Part shown: positions 47,958 through 56,622 of the stretch, in pieces
How the letters are laid out: the number at the start of each line of letters is the position of its first letter
How positions within the stretch are numbered: position 1 is the stretch's first letter
Source of the DNA: Candidatus Velthaea sp.
Lineage (GTDB): Bacteria; Vulcanimicrobiota; Vulcanimicrobiia; Vulcanimicrobiales; Vulcanimicrobiaceae
Assembly: GCA_965214935.1 (NCBI GenBank)
Contig: CBDCCS010000004.1
Coordinates: 42,954 to 106,953, forward strand
Length of the DNA stretch: 64,000 bases
Direction: 5' to 3'
Notes under the pieces: model-generated
What the model was told of the DNA's origin: nothing
Database searches by the model: none
Seen by the model: the letters and a program-made list of their open reading frames with translations, nothing else
Position numbers and translations under genes: made by a program

Positions 47958-50186
47958 TTAGGTCAAGGCGATCTCGGACCGGGCTTCGGGCAGCTGATGC
48001 GTCAGCGGCGGCAACGCGTTCGGCTTTACGCGATTGAGGACGACGCCTAAGCAGTTTTTGACGCCGAAACGGGCAAAGAGTGCCAGCGCTTTGGACGCTG
48101 CCGGCATATCGGTCTGATTGCTCGATATCACCAGCACCGTGCCGTCGGTTTGTTCGGCAACGACGACACCGTCGACGAACGCATCTGTCGCCGGAGCATC
48201 GACGATCACGCAGGTGTAGCGGCGCGCCGCTTCAGACAAGAAGTCGTTCATCCGGCCCGAGCGCAGCAACTTGACCGGATTTGGAGCGCGCGTTCCACTC
48301 GCAATAAAATGGACGCCCGCGTGTTTGGTTTCTTGAACGATATCATCGAAGGACAGCCGCCCGACGAGCAGATCGGAGAGACCCGGACCGTTGCGTACGT
48401 TGAGCAACGTGTGCAGCGTCGGCGAACGCATGTTGCCGTCGACGATCAACACCGTCGGTTCGAGCTCTCCCATGGCAATCGCGGCACGTAAGGCGATCGT
48501 CGACTTGCCGTCACCGGCGCCCGGACTGATAAACGTGATCGTCTTGAGCGGACCGTCCGAGGAATATCGCAGCGACGTCGCCAGCTGCAAGAACGCCTCG
48601 ATGGTGATATGTTTCAAACGCGCGTACCCGTCGCCTTTGGCTTCCGATTTCCCGATGATCGGGATCGCGCCTAAGGTCGGCAATTGTAAGCGGTCGGCGA
48701 CATCGTTTTCGTTTTTGACCGTGTTGTCGAAAAAATTGGTCAGAAACGCGGCGCCTAATCCGACAATAAGCGAGATTATCGAGCCGATCGCGAGATTTAA
48801 GCGGAGATTCGGCGTCACGACGGCGCGCGTGGGATCGGCCGGCTGAGTGACTTGCACGTCGCTCGGCGCCGTCGTTCGTACGACCGCCGCTTCTTCATAC
48901 TTCTGCTGCAGCGCATTATAGACGTCCTGAGCGGCTTTCGCCTCGTGCTGCAGATCCTCGAGCCGGGCGGTTTCGGCCGGCAGGCGCCGCACGCGTGGTT
49001 CGAGCGCTGCGCGCTGGCGCTGCAACTCGATGAGCTCGGCTTCGCTCGATGCAATCTGCGCCGACAGGGTAACGATCTGCGAGCGCAGTTGCTGATAGAT
49101 TGGATTCGGCACGACGTTCTGCGTTGCAACGACGCGCGCCGGCAGCTTTGCGATCTCGGCCTCAAGTTGCGCGCGTTGCGCTTTGAGTGCTTTTACGCCG
49201 CCGTAATTATCGGTAAATTGATGACGGGCGGCGGCGAGTTGTACGTTGACCGCCTCAAGTTGAGACAGCAGTCCCGTAACGAGCGGATTTTGGCTAGTCG
49301 TCTCTCCGCCGCGATCCGAGGGCGTGTAGGCGGCTAATTGCAGCCGATCGTCCGCGAGTTGAGCGCGCGCATGTTTTGCATCGACGTTTGCCTGCGCGAT
49401 TTTCTCTTCATTACTAGCCATTTGACCGACGACGCCCTGCGTTTGAGAATTGATGTCGACGATACCGTGCGCGGCCGAAAAGCTTGCGAGGATCGTATTG
49501 GCCTTATGCATGCGTGCGCGCGACTCCGGCAATTCTTTACCGAGAAAGTCAAGCGTCGACGCGGCTTGCGATGATATCAGCTCGCGCTCGCGGGCGACGA
49601 ATACTTTCATGAATTCATTGGCGATCGCCGCCGACGTGACCGCATTATTCCAGTCGACCGTAACGGTGATGATCGATGTATTCGTCAGCGGTTTGACCGC
49701 GAGATGAGCCAGCAGCGCATCCGCGCCGATCGACAGTTTAAGATCGTCGCGAACGCGTTGTGCGATCGGTGTTTGTTCGAGCAGATCGGCGTATGTTTCG
49801 GGCGACTGCCCGTTTGCAGCGATGAGCGCGTTGAGCACCGGGGTACTGTTGTTCGCGCTACTTGCACCGCCGCCCGTCGCCTGTCCGGTCAAGAGTTTGG
49901 CTTGCGTCGAATAACGTTTGGGCGTCGTGAGCGTAATCGCGACCGTGGCGATCATGAACACGGCAAAAGTGATGAGGACGATCCAGCGCCGCGCCGCAAT
50001 CGTCCCGAAAAACGCCTTGACTTCGCTGGCGTCGCGATATTCGCGCGTCTTGAGGACGCCGCCATTCAAAGAATACATCTGCGCGATCGCATCCGTCACA
50101 ATACCGGTCGGACCGGCGTCGGGACGAGAGCGAAAATTCTCCTCAGCTGCGGGCACGAGCGAAGCTCGCTCGTACAAATGATACAT
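47958..50186 (-). CDS. Wzc/GumC-family polysaccharide co-polymerase with BY-kinase domain
   Basis: TM, coiled coils, TM, then Walker A SPGAGDGKST, LIVDGNMR, VIVDAP, GVVLN; alternative start 50078. Confidence 0.92.
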   Translation of the reverse strand: MYHLYERASLVPAAEENFRSRPDAGPTGIVTDAIAQMYSLNGGVLKTREYRDASEVKAFFGTIAARRWIVLITFAVFMIATVAITLTTPKRYSTQAKLLTGQATGGGASSANNSTPVLNALIAANGQSPETYADLLEQTPIAQRVRDDLKLSIGADALLAHLAVKPLTNTSIITVTVDWNNAVTSAAIANEFMKVFVARERELISSQAASTLDFLGKELPESRARMHKANTILASFSAAHGIVDINSQTQGVVGQMASNEEKIAQANVDAKHARAQLADDRLQLAAYTPSDRGGETTSQNPLVTGLLSQLEAVNVQLAAARHQFTDNYGGVKALKAQRAQLEAEIAKLPARVVATQNVVPNPIYQQLRSQIVTLSAQIASSEAELIELQRQRAALEPRVRRLPAETARLEDLQHEAKAAQDVYNALQQKYEEAAVVRTTAPSDVQVTQPADPTRAVVTPNLRLNLAIGSIISLIVGLGAAFLTNFFDNTVKNENDVADRLQLPTLGAIPIIGKSEAKGDGYARLKHITIEAFLQLATSLRYSSDGPLKTITFISPGAGDGKSTIALRAAIAMGELEPTVLIVDGNMRSPTLHTLLNVRNGPGLSDLLVGRLSFDDIVQETKHAGVHFIASGTRAPNPVKLLRSGRMNDFLSEAARRYTCVIVDAPATDAFVDGVVVAEQTDGTVLVISSNQTDMPAASKALALFARFGVKNCLGVVLNRVKPNALPPLTHQLPEARSEIALT

Positions 50187-50228
50187 CCGTGCGCGGGCCG
50201 CTCGGTACGTGCTCGCGCCCCAGTTCGC

Positions 50229-50266
50229 GGTGCACGGGTCCTAACGCGCGTTGCAACTTTCGGCCC
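50229..50266. promoter_or_regulatory. Two partial DosR/NarL-like boxes in the wzc / priming transferase divergent region
   Basis: GGTGC-ACGG-GTCCT-A (50229) and GCAAC-TTTC-GGCCC-TA (50253). Confidence 0.35.
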
Positions 50267-50389
50267 TACGCGTCGAGCGCAAAGTTCGGCACGCTAGATA
50301 GCAAGGAGTTGAACGTGAACTTCGGTGCTCGATCTCGTTCGCGACGAACCGGCGTCGACGGCGGCTGCGCGATCGGCGATCAGGCAGGC

Positions 50390-51379
50390 GTGTCGGACAC
50401 GCTGCCGTTTGATGCGCGACGCGCGCTCGTCGTTGCCGACGGCATTGCACTTACGTTCGCTGCAGCCGTCGCAATGCGAACGGGGCCGCGCGCGAGCCGG
50501 CCGGCCATCGCCCTTGCAACATTGCTGACCCCTATTTCGCTCGCCGCTTGTGCGCTGTATACGCGCAGCTTTGCACGGGCGCCGCAAGACGAATGGTATG
50601 CCATGGCCGTACCCGGTCTCATCGCGCTCGCGGGCTTCTCGTCGCTATGCGCAATACCCGGCGCCGCGCTCGACCGCCGGGCAGGACTGACCGCGCTCGG
50701 ACGCGGTTTTGCCGGCTGCGCTCTGCTGCGCGCCGTACTGCACGGTCGAATTGCGAAGCTCAAAGGCCGCGTCGGTAACGGCCCGGCTGCGGCCCCGCGG
50801 CGCCCGCGGCGCGAGGCCGTTAAGCGGACGATGGACGTCGTGCTCACGGTGGCCGTCGCGCCGATAGCGGCGTTTGTCGGCCTCGCCGTCGCGCTGGCGA
50901 TCGTGCTCGACGACGGCGGACCCGTCTTCTTCGTTCAAGAACGCGTCGGCCGCAACAACCGGCCATTCCGGCTCTTCAAGTTTCGCACGATGCGCGCGGC
51001 AGCCGGTGACGCTTGGGCAGTCGCGGACGACCCGCGCATTACGCGCATCGGCCGCTTCGTACGTGCGACGAGTCTCGATGAAGTGCCGCAACTCATGAAC
51101 GTGCTGCGCGGCGAGATGTCGCTCGTAGGCCCGCGCCCGGAGATGGTTGCCTACGCGCAAACATTTGCGCGACGCCATGGGCGGTACGCCGAACGCATGC
51201 GCGTTAAGCCCGGCATCACCGGTTGGGCGCAAGTTACGCTGCCGCGCGTCCTTACCGACGACGACATGGGCGACGTGCTGGCCGCCGATCTGTTCTACGT
51301 CGCAAACGGCTCGCTCGTGTTCGACGCTGCAATTATCGTAAAAACCGCAATCGAAGTCTTATTTCACCGTGTCGCTTAG
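50390..51379 (+). CDS. Priming (undecaprenyl-phosphate) sugar transferase
   Basis: KRTMDV, GPVFFVQERVG, FKFRTM, DDPRIT.IG.F.R.TSLDEVPQL.NVLRGEMSLVGPRP, KPGITGWAQ; start approximate. Confidence 0.93.
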   Translation: MSDTLPFDARRALVVADGIALTFAAAVAMRTGPRASRPAIALATLLTPISLAACALYTRSFARAPQDEWYAMAVPGLIALAGFSSLCAIPGAALDRRAGLTALGRGFAGCALLRAVLHGRIAKLKGRVGNGPAAAPRRPRREAVKRTMDVVLTVAVAPIAAFVGLAVALAIVLDDGGPVFFVQERVGRNNRPFRLFKFRTMRAAAGDAWAVADDPRITRIGRFVRATSLDEVPQLMNVLRGEMSLVGPRPEMVAYAQTFARRHGRYAERMRVKPGITGWAQVTLPRVLTDDDMGDVLAADLFYVANGSLVFDAAIIVKTAIEVLFHRVA

Positions 51380-52706
51380 CGCGCAGGTCGCGCCGGCGCC
51401 GATGCGCTTGGTGCGCGACGGCCTCATCACCCTGCTCTGCCGCGTGCTCAGCATGGTCGGCGCTTTGGGTCTGAGCGTCGTCACCGCGCGCTGCCTTGGA
51501 CCGCAGGGACGCGGCGTCTTTGCTTTGCCGACCATCAACGCCGCGATTGCGACGGCGATGTTCGTCGGTCTTTCAACGGCTATGTCGTACCTGCTTTTGC
51601 AGCAGGCGGGACGCGGGGCGATCCGCGCGGTCTTGCTCGCGGCGATCCCATTCGTTGCCGTCGGATCGGTCATGGTCGTCGCATTGGGGCTCGTCGGGAA
51701 CCACGGCTGGGCGACGGTGTTCGCCGTCGCATCGCTTCCGTTTGCGGCAATGACGTCGATCGCGCAAGGCGTCTGCTACGGTACGCATCGCGTGCGTTTG
51801 GCCAACTATATCGGCTTGAGCCTGACGCTGGTCTCGCTGCTCGGAACCATCGCCGGCTTCGTCTTGATCGAGCGCACTCCGCGCATAGCGATTGCAGCAT
51901 GGCTCCTGTCACAGGTTCTCGTTGCCGTTGCCGGGATCGCCATCATCACGCGAATCGGTCGCGAATTAGCGCCCTCGGCGTCGCCCGCCCGCAACGCGTT
52001 GCACTTCGCAACGAAGATCGGCGCAGTCAATCTCGTAACGTTGCTCAATTACCGGGCCGACGTTTATATCGTCGCGCTCTTTACGCCGCCCAGCGTCTTA
52101 GGCATGTATACATTGGCGGTCGCGGGTGCCGAAGCAACGCAGCTTGCAACGCAAGCCATCGCAACGTCGACCGCGCCGCACATCGGCAGCCTGCCGCCGG
52201 ATCGTTCCCGCGCGCTGACCGCTCGTGCTGCGCGCAACACCGTTGCCATTGCCGCGCTCGCCTGCATCGCGATCGCGTCCGTGGCACCGCGTATGGTTCC
52301 GGCGCTGTTCGGTTCGGCCTTTCAACCAGTCGTCGGCGTGCTGCGGATCCTGCTGGTCGGAATCGTCGCCCTGTCCGTCAGCGGAATACTGTCGAACTAC
52401 TTTACGCTCGCACTTGGCAAGCCGGAGCGATCCCTGGCCATTGCCGGAGCGGGCGCTCTTACCAGCGTCGTTCTCGGTCTCATTCTCGTCCCGCGCACCG
52501 GCATCACCGGCGCGGCAATCTCCGTCGCCGCATCGTACATCTGCTCGGCAACGCTATACGTGCTGCTGTTCGCACGCGCCGCCGAGATGCCGCTGCGCGA
52601 CATCCTCGTTCTCGATACGACCGATCTGTACGCATATGCAAATCTCACGCTGCGGACGTTCGCCAAACTTCGGCGGATCGTCGCCCTTTCGGAAAGACCG
52701 ACATGA
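51369..52706 (+). CDS. Wzx-type oligosaccharide flippase
   Basis: About 12 TM; ARCLGPQGRG, LNYRADVYIV, GMYTLA, LVPRTGITGAA. Confidence 0.88.
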   Translation: MSLSAQVAPAPMRLVRDGLITLLCRVLSMVGALGLSVVTARCLGPQGRGVFALPTINAAIATAMFVGLSTAMSYLLLQQAGRGAIRAVLLAAIPFVAVGSVMVVALGLVGNHGWATVFAVASLPFAAMTSIAQGVCYGTHRVRLANYIGLSLTLVSLLGTIAGFVLIERTPRIAIAAWLLSQVLVAVAGIAIITRIGRELAPSASPARNALHFATKIGAVNLVTLLNYRADVYIVALFTPPSVLGMYTLAVAGAEATQLATQAIATSTAPHIGSLPPDRSRALTARAARNTVAIAALACIAIASVAPRMVPALFGSAFQPVVGVLRILLVGIVALSVSGILSNYFTLALGKPERSLAIAGAGALTSVVLGLILVPRTGITGAAISVAASYICSATLYVLLFARAAEMPLRDILVLDTTDLYAYANLTLRTFAKLRRIVALSERPT

Positions 52707-53935
52707 AACTCGGAGTGCTTCCTGCTCTGGCGGTGACGATCGCGCTCGCACTTTCCAACACGGCGAACGCGCGAATCAGCCCGTTCGCTCCGCATCACGT
52801 CATCGATTGGGCGTATTACGGCTTTGCCGGCGAGGGTACGGCGGTCGATCCGCAGTGGATGGCCGCGCATGCGACCTACGTTGAAGCGCCAGCGCCGTTT
52901 GCCCGGCGCTTCAAAGCAGCGGGCGGCAATTTCGCCGTTGCCTACACCGATCCGTTTCGCGTGATTCCCGCGCATCACGAACCGTTGAGCGATCTACCGG
53001 AGTCCGCCTGGTTTCACGATGCATCCGGCCGGCGCATCTCGTATCGATATCCCGGCTGGGGCGTACAGAACCAGCTCAATCCGGCTGAGACGCACACGCT
53101 TGCGGGTTTTCGCGGCTTGACGGATGCCATACGCCGGTCGGCACCGTTCGACTTCATTGAGATGGACGACGCTAGTTTCGATCTTGACAACGTGTTTTGG
53201 CATTTTAGTTCACGCGGTATCGAAACGCCGAATGAGTCGGCGTATGACAGCGGCGTCGTGAAATTACTGCGCGCCGCAACGTTACCGGCGTTCGTCAGCG
53301 GATTTAGCAACGCCGACCATCATCTCGACGACCGGTCGGGTAACTTAGTGTTTTTGCCGTATGCGGCGGGTGCGATCAACAACGAAGGCTGCCTCATGTC
53401 GACGGCTCCGAAAACCGAACGTCAATGGTCGTTCGATCAAAACACGCTGCTTGCAATTACCGCTGCACGCAAACCCGCGGTTTGTTGGGGCCTGAGTCCG
53501 TCATCCGGTGATACGCGCCCGGCGCGAGCCTTCTTTTATGCCTCATGGCTGCTGACGTACGATGCGGATTATTCGATCGCTTTCGAAAACTTCGATTCAG
53601 CGGATCATCTTTCGCTGTTCCCCGAGGAGGAGCTCGTTCCGCGCGATCCCGTTCAAACGGCTCGGGCGGCGATCGCAGAACTCAAAGCTCCCGCCGGCTA
53701 CTACGCCCGCGAATTCCGCCACTGCTTTCAAGCCGGTAAACCGATCGGCTCGTGTGTGACGATCGTCAATCCGACAAATGCGTCGATTCCGCTCGACTCG
53801 GCGCTAAAGGGCTACACCGACGCCTTAGCGTTCGACATTCACAACAGTGCCGCCGGCGGCACACTGTCCTGGACGTCCTCGGCGCGACCGGATCGACTCG
53901 ACCCGCACGGCGCGTTGGTGCTGCGCGGTAAGTAG
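52703..53935 (+). CDS. Secreted unrecognised putative glycoside-hydrolase-domain protein (paralogue of 30842-32683)
   Basis: ATGA coupling to wzx; Sec signal MKLGVLPALAVTIALALSNTANA; shared YTDP, WFHD.SGRRI, QN.LNP, FLPYAAG.INNEGCL, LTYD, FPE, Y.REF..C.QAG..IG.C. Confidence 0.85.
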   Translation: MKLGVLPALAVTIALALSNTANARISPFAPHHVIDWAYYGFAGEGTAVDPQWMAAHATYVEAPAPFARRFKAAGGNFAVAYTDPFRVIPAHHEPLSDLPESAWFHDASGRRISYRYPGWGVQNQLNPAETHTLAGFRGLTDAIRRSAPFDFIEMDDASFDLDNVFWHFSSRGIETPNESAYDSGVVKLLRAATLPAFVSGFSNADHHLDDRSGNLVFLPYAAGAINNEGCLMSTAPKTERQWSFDQNTLLAITAARKPAVCWGLSPSSGDTRPARAFFYASWLLTYDADYSIAFENFDSADHLSLFPEEELVPRDPVQTARAAIAELKAPAGYYAREFRHCFQAGKPIGSCVTIVNPTNASIPLDSALKGYTDALAFDIHNSAAGGTLSWTSSARPDRLDPHGALVLRGK

Positions 53936-53962
53936 AACTCCGACTGCATCGCAGAAACGTGA

Positions 53963-55180
53963 CTAGACGCTGGTGCGTCCGGTGTCGCTCGTGATGAGCG
54001 TCAGCACCGCCGCAGCAGTCGCGCGTGCATCGAACAGCGTTGCTACGCGCTCGCGCGCAACCGCGCCGAGACGCTCGCGCAGGACCGGATCGGCCGCCAG
54101 CCGGCTGACGGCTGCGGCAAGCGCCCCGGGGTCGCATTGTTCGACCACGATTCCGCACGAAGCATCGATGAGTTCGGGAATACTGCCGGTGCGCGTCGAT
54201 ACGCACGGTACCCCGAAAGCCATCGCCTCCATGAGCGACACGGGAATACCCTCGTGCAGCCGGCCATGTTCGGTGCTTGGATGGACCATCACGTCAAATG
54301 CGCCGCTGCGCAGTTCTTGCACGAGCCGGTCGTGAGCGACGAAGCCGCGCAGTTCGACAAAACCGCGCAAATTGAGACGATCGATCTGCAGCTGTAGCTC
54401 GTTGCGCAACGGACCTTCACCGGCGATGCTGCACGTTAACGCAATACCGGCGTCACGCAAGACGGCGACGGCATCGACGAGATAGCGGTGTCCTTTGAAT
54501 GGCGTGAGCGAACCAACGGCATAGATTCGGACCGGACCGAGGCTCGGTCGGATTTTTGCCGTGTGGGCCGGAGGCGTCCGAACGCCGAGATGGATGACGT
54601 GAATTCGGTCGCGGACGTGCGGCGGCATCAGCTCGCGCAACTCTTGTGCGCCGCGCTGCGAGATGACTCGAACGGCACTTGCGGCGGCAAGCTTGCCGGC
54701 GATCCAGTTGTCGGCGAAGAGATCGAAGTTGTGCGCGGAGATACTCCACGGCACATCTGCGATATGTGCGCCGATGAACGCTACCGTCGAGGGCGTCGTC
54801 AGCCAATGGGCGTGAACGCGCGTTACTCGTTCGCGCCGGATGTATTCGGCCAGCGCCAAGCCCTTGGGCAGCATTGCAAGATTTTTCAATTTGGCGGCCG
54901 GCCGATAGCGCGCACGGCACATTGCGAGGGCAATATCGGCCGATTTGCGCGGCTGCCGCACGAGCGTTCGAAACACATCGGCCAGCGTACCGGCCGAGCG
55001 CAAGCGGAGGGCGACGGTCTGCGTACCGGTTTGAAATTGTGCACGCCGCTGCTGTGGCCGCACCGCGACGATTCTTACGTCAGCGCCGAGATTCACCAAC
55101 GCTTCAACTTCGGCGGCGAGAAACGCCTCAGCCCGGCCGAATGGAAATTGCGATGTGAGATAGAGTATGCGGTTTGCCAC
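53963..55180 (-). CDS. GT4 glycosyltransferase
   Basis: YLTSQFP, HAHW, SAHNFD, VGSLTPFKGH, EGIPVSLMEAMA.G.P. Confidence 0.9.
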   Translation of the reverse strand: MANRILYLTSQFPFGRAEAFLAAEVEALVNLGADVRIVAVRPQQRRAQFQTGTQTVALRLRSAGTLADVFRTLVRQPRKSADIALAMCRARYRPAAKLKNLAMLPKGLALAEYIRRERVTRVHAHWLTTPSTVAFIGAHIADVPWSISAHNFDLFADNWIAGKLAAASAVRVISQRGAQELRELMPPHVRDRIHVIHLGVRTPPAHTAKIRPSLGPVRIYAVGSLTPFKGHRYLVDAVAVLRDAGIALTCSIAGEGPLRNELQLQIDRLNLRGFVELRGFVAHDRLVQELRSGAFDVMVHPSTEHGRLHEGIPVSLMEAMAFGVPCVSTRTGSIPELIDASCGIVVEQCDPGALAAAVSRLAADPVLRERLGAVARERVATLFDARATAAAVLTLITSDTGRTSV

Positions 55181-55214
55181 ATTGTAGCATTGCAATTGCC
55201 CGGCGCGCACCCTT

Positions 55215-55228
55215 GAGCCGATCGGCCT
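55215..55228. promoter_or_regulatory. DosR/NarL-like box between divergent GT4 genes
   Basis: TT-GAGCC-GATC-GGCCT-AG. Confidence 0.45.
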
Positions 55229-55290
55229 AGCGTGTGAGGGGCGCAGGCTCGTAGTAACGCGGTTACCGTCCGCGAAGGCGTTAGACGACG

Positions 55291-56403
55291 ATGACGCAAC
55301 CTGCGCTGCGCGTTCTTCATTATATCGCGACTTTGCGGGGCGGCGGAGCCGAAACGCTCGTGCGCGAGTTATTGCCGCGACTCAACGACCGTGGCATCGA
55401 CGTTGCTGCATTTAGCGCCTACGATCCGCGGCTTACCGACGTTGAGCGCGCGGCTCTGCCATACCGGCTCTTTTGCGGCCGCAAGCACCGCGGGATCGAC
55501 GTCGGATTCGCCCGCCGTTCGGTGCGTGCAATGCACGAATTCGCGCCGCATATCGTTCATACGCATACGATCACGGGTAAATACTGGGGCCGCGCGTCGG
55601 CGCTGGCCGCCGGCGTGCAACGTATCGTGCATACCGAGCACAGCCCGCAATCGCAGTTACCGCGGTGGGAACTTGCGCTCGCGCATGCCCTCAAGCATCG
55701 GACCGATGCGGTCGTCACTTTTTCCGCGCGTACTGCAGCGTTCGTCAGACAACGTGAGCCGGTGCCGCAATTGGAGATAATACCGAACGGTATCAAAATC
55801 GAAGCAGCGCTGACCGCGCACGATCGGGCGCGCGCGCGCGCCGTGCTGGGCGCAAGTGAGGGCACGATCGTCATTGGTATCATTGCGAATCTCTATCCGC
55901 AAAAGAATCACCAGCTGGCGATTCGCGCACTTGCGAATTTATCGGCCGGATTGCGCGCGCGCGTCCGGCTCGATGTGTTCGGCGCCGGGCCGCTTGCGAC
56001 CAGTCTTCAAGACCTTGCCGCCGAGCTTGGTGTCGCGGATAACCTCCGCTGGTGGGGATTTCGACCCGACGTTCGAGCGTTAATCGGCGGGCTCGATCTT
56101 GCGCTGACGGTAGCAATCGTCGAAGCGGCTCCAATCTCGCTGTTGGAAGCAATGGCGGCCGGCGTGCCGATCGTCGGTACGCCGAATGTCGGCACGCTCG
56201 ATCTCGTTGCCGACGACGCAAGCGGACTCATCGCCGAAGACTGGTCGGTTGGCGGATTTACCCGCGTCCTCGAACGCGCGCTCGCCGACGAGCAATGGCG
56301 TACGCGAGCGGGTGCGGCCGGACGGCGACGACTCGTCGAACGCTTCGACATTGAAGCCGTTGCCGATCGCCACGCCGCCCTGTATCACCGCTTAACACAC
56401 TAA
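55291..56403 (+). CDS. GT4 glycosyltransferase
   Basis: GGGAE, VHTH, HTEH, IPNGI, PQKNH, EAAPISLLEAMAAGVP. Confidence 0.9.
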   Translation: MTQPALRVLHYIATLRGGGAETLVRELLPRLNDRGIDVAAFSAYDPRLTDVERAALPYRLFCGRKHRGIDVGFARRSVRAMHEFAPHIVHTHTITGKYWGRASALAAGVQRIVHTEHSPQSQLPRWELALAHALKHRTDAVVTFSARTAAFVRQREPVPQLEIIPNGIKIEAALTAHDRARARAVLGASEGTIVIGIIANLYPQKNHQLAIRALANLSAGLRARVRLDVFGAGPLATSLQDLAAELGVADNLRWWGFRPDVRALIGGLDLALTVAIVEAAPISLLEAMAAGVPIVGTPNVGTLDLVADDASGLIAEDWSVGGFTRVLERALADEQWRTRAGAAGRRRLVERFDIEAVADRHAALYHRLTH

Positions 56404-56622
56404 GCGGCGCAACACGCGTTCGCACCGCGGCGGTGCGTTGTGCGACGCCGCACACGTCCGCGCGCTCGTCGGCGGCACGCGCAAGTCCGCCCGCAAATTT
56501 CCGAAAACCTAAAGGACGGTAACGAGCGCCGATAGCGCTCGCAGTTGGGCGATTTGCACTTTGCCGCGGCTTACATGCCGCGTCATTTGGCGTGCCCGGT
56601 CCACACGTAAGGCGTCGGTAAC

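Noticed and set aside
51899..52702. N-terminal extension of the 678-aa ORF
   Set aside because: Arg-rich off-frame overlap with wzx; the real start is ATG 52703, followed by a signal peptide
56470..56545. c-di-GMP-I riboswitch upstream of the beta-helix lipoprotein
   Set aside because: CGCAAA...CCTAAA...GGTAAC is suggestive, but the GGCAAAC segment and a proper GAAA-capped P2 stem are missing; an Rfam scan would settle it
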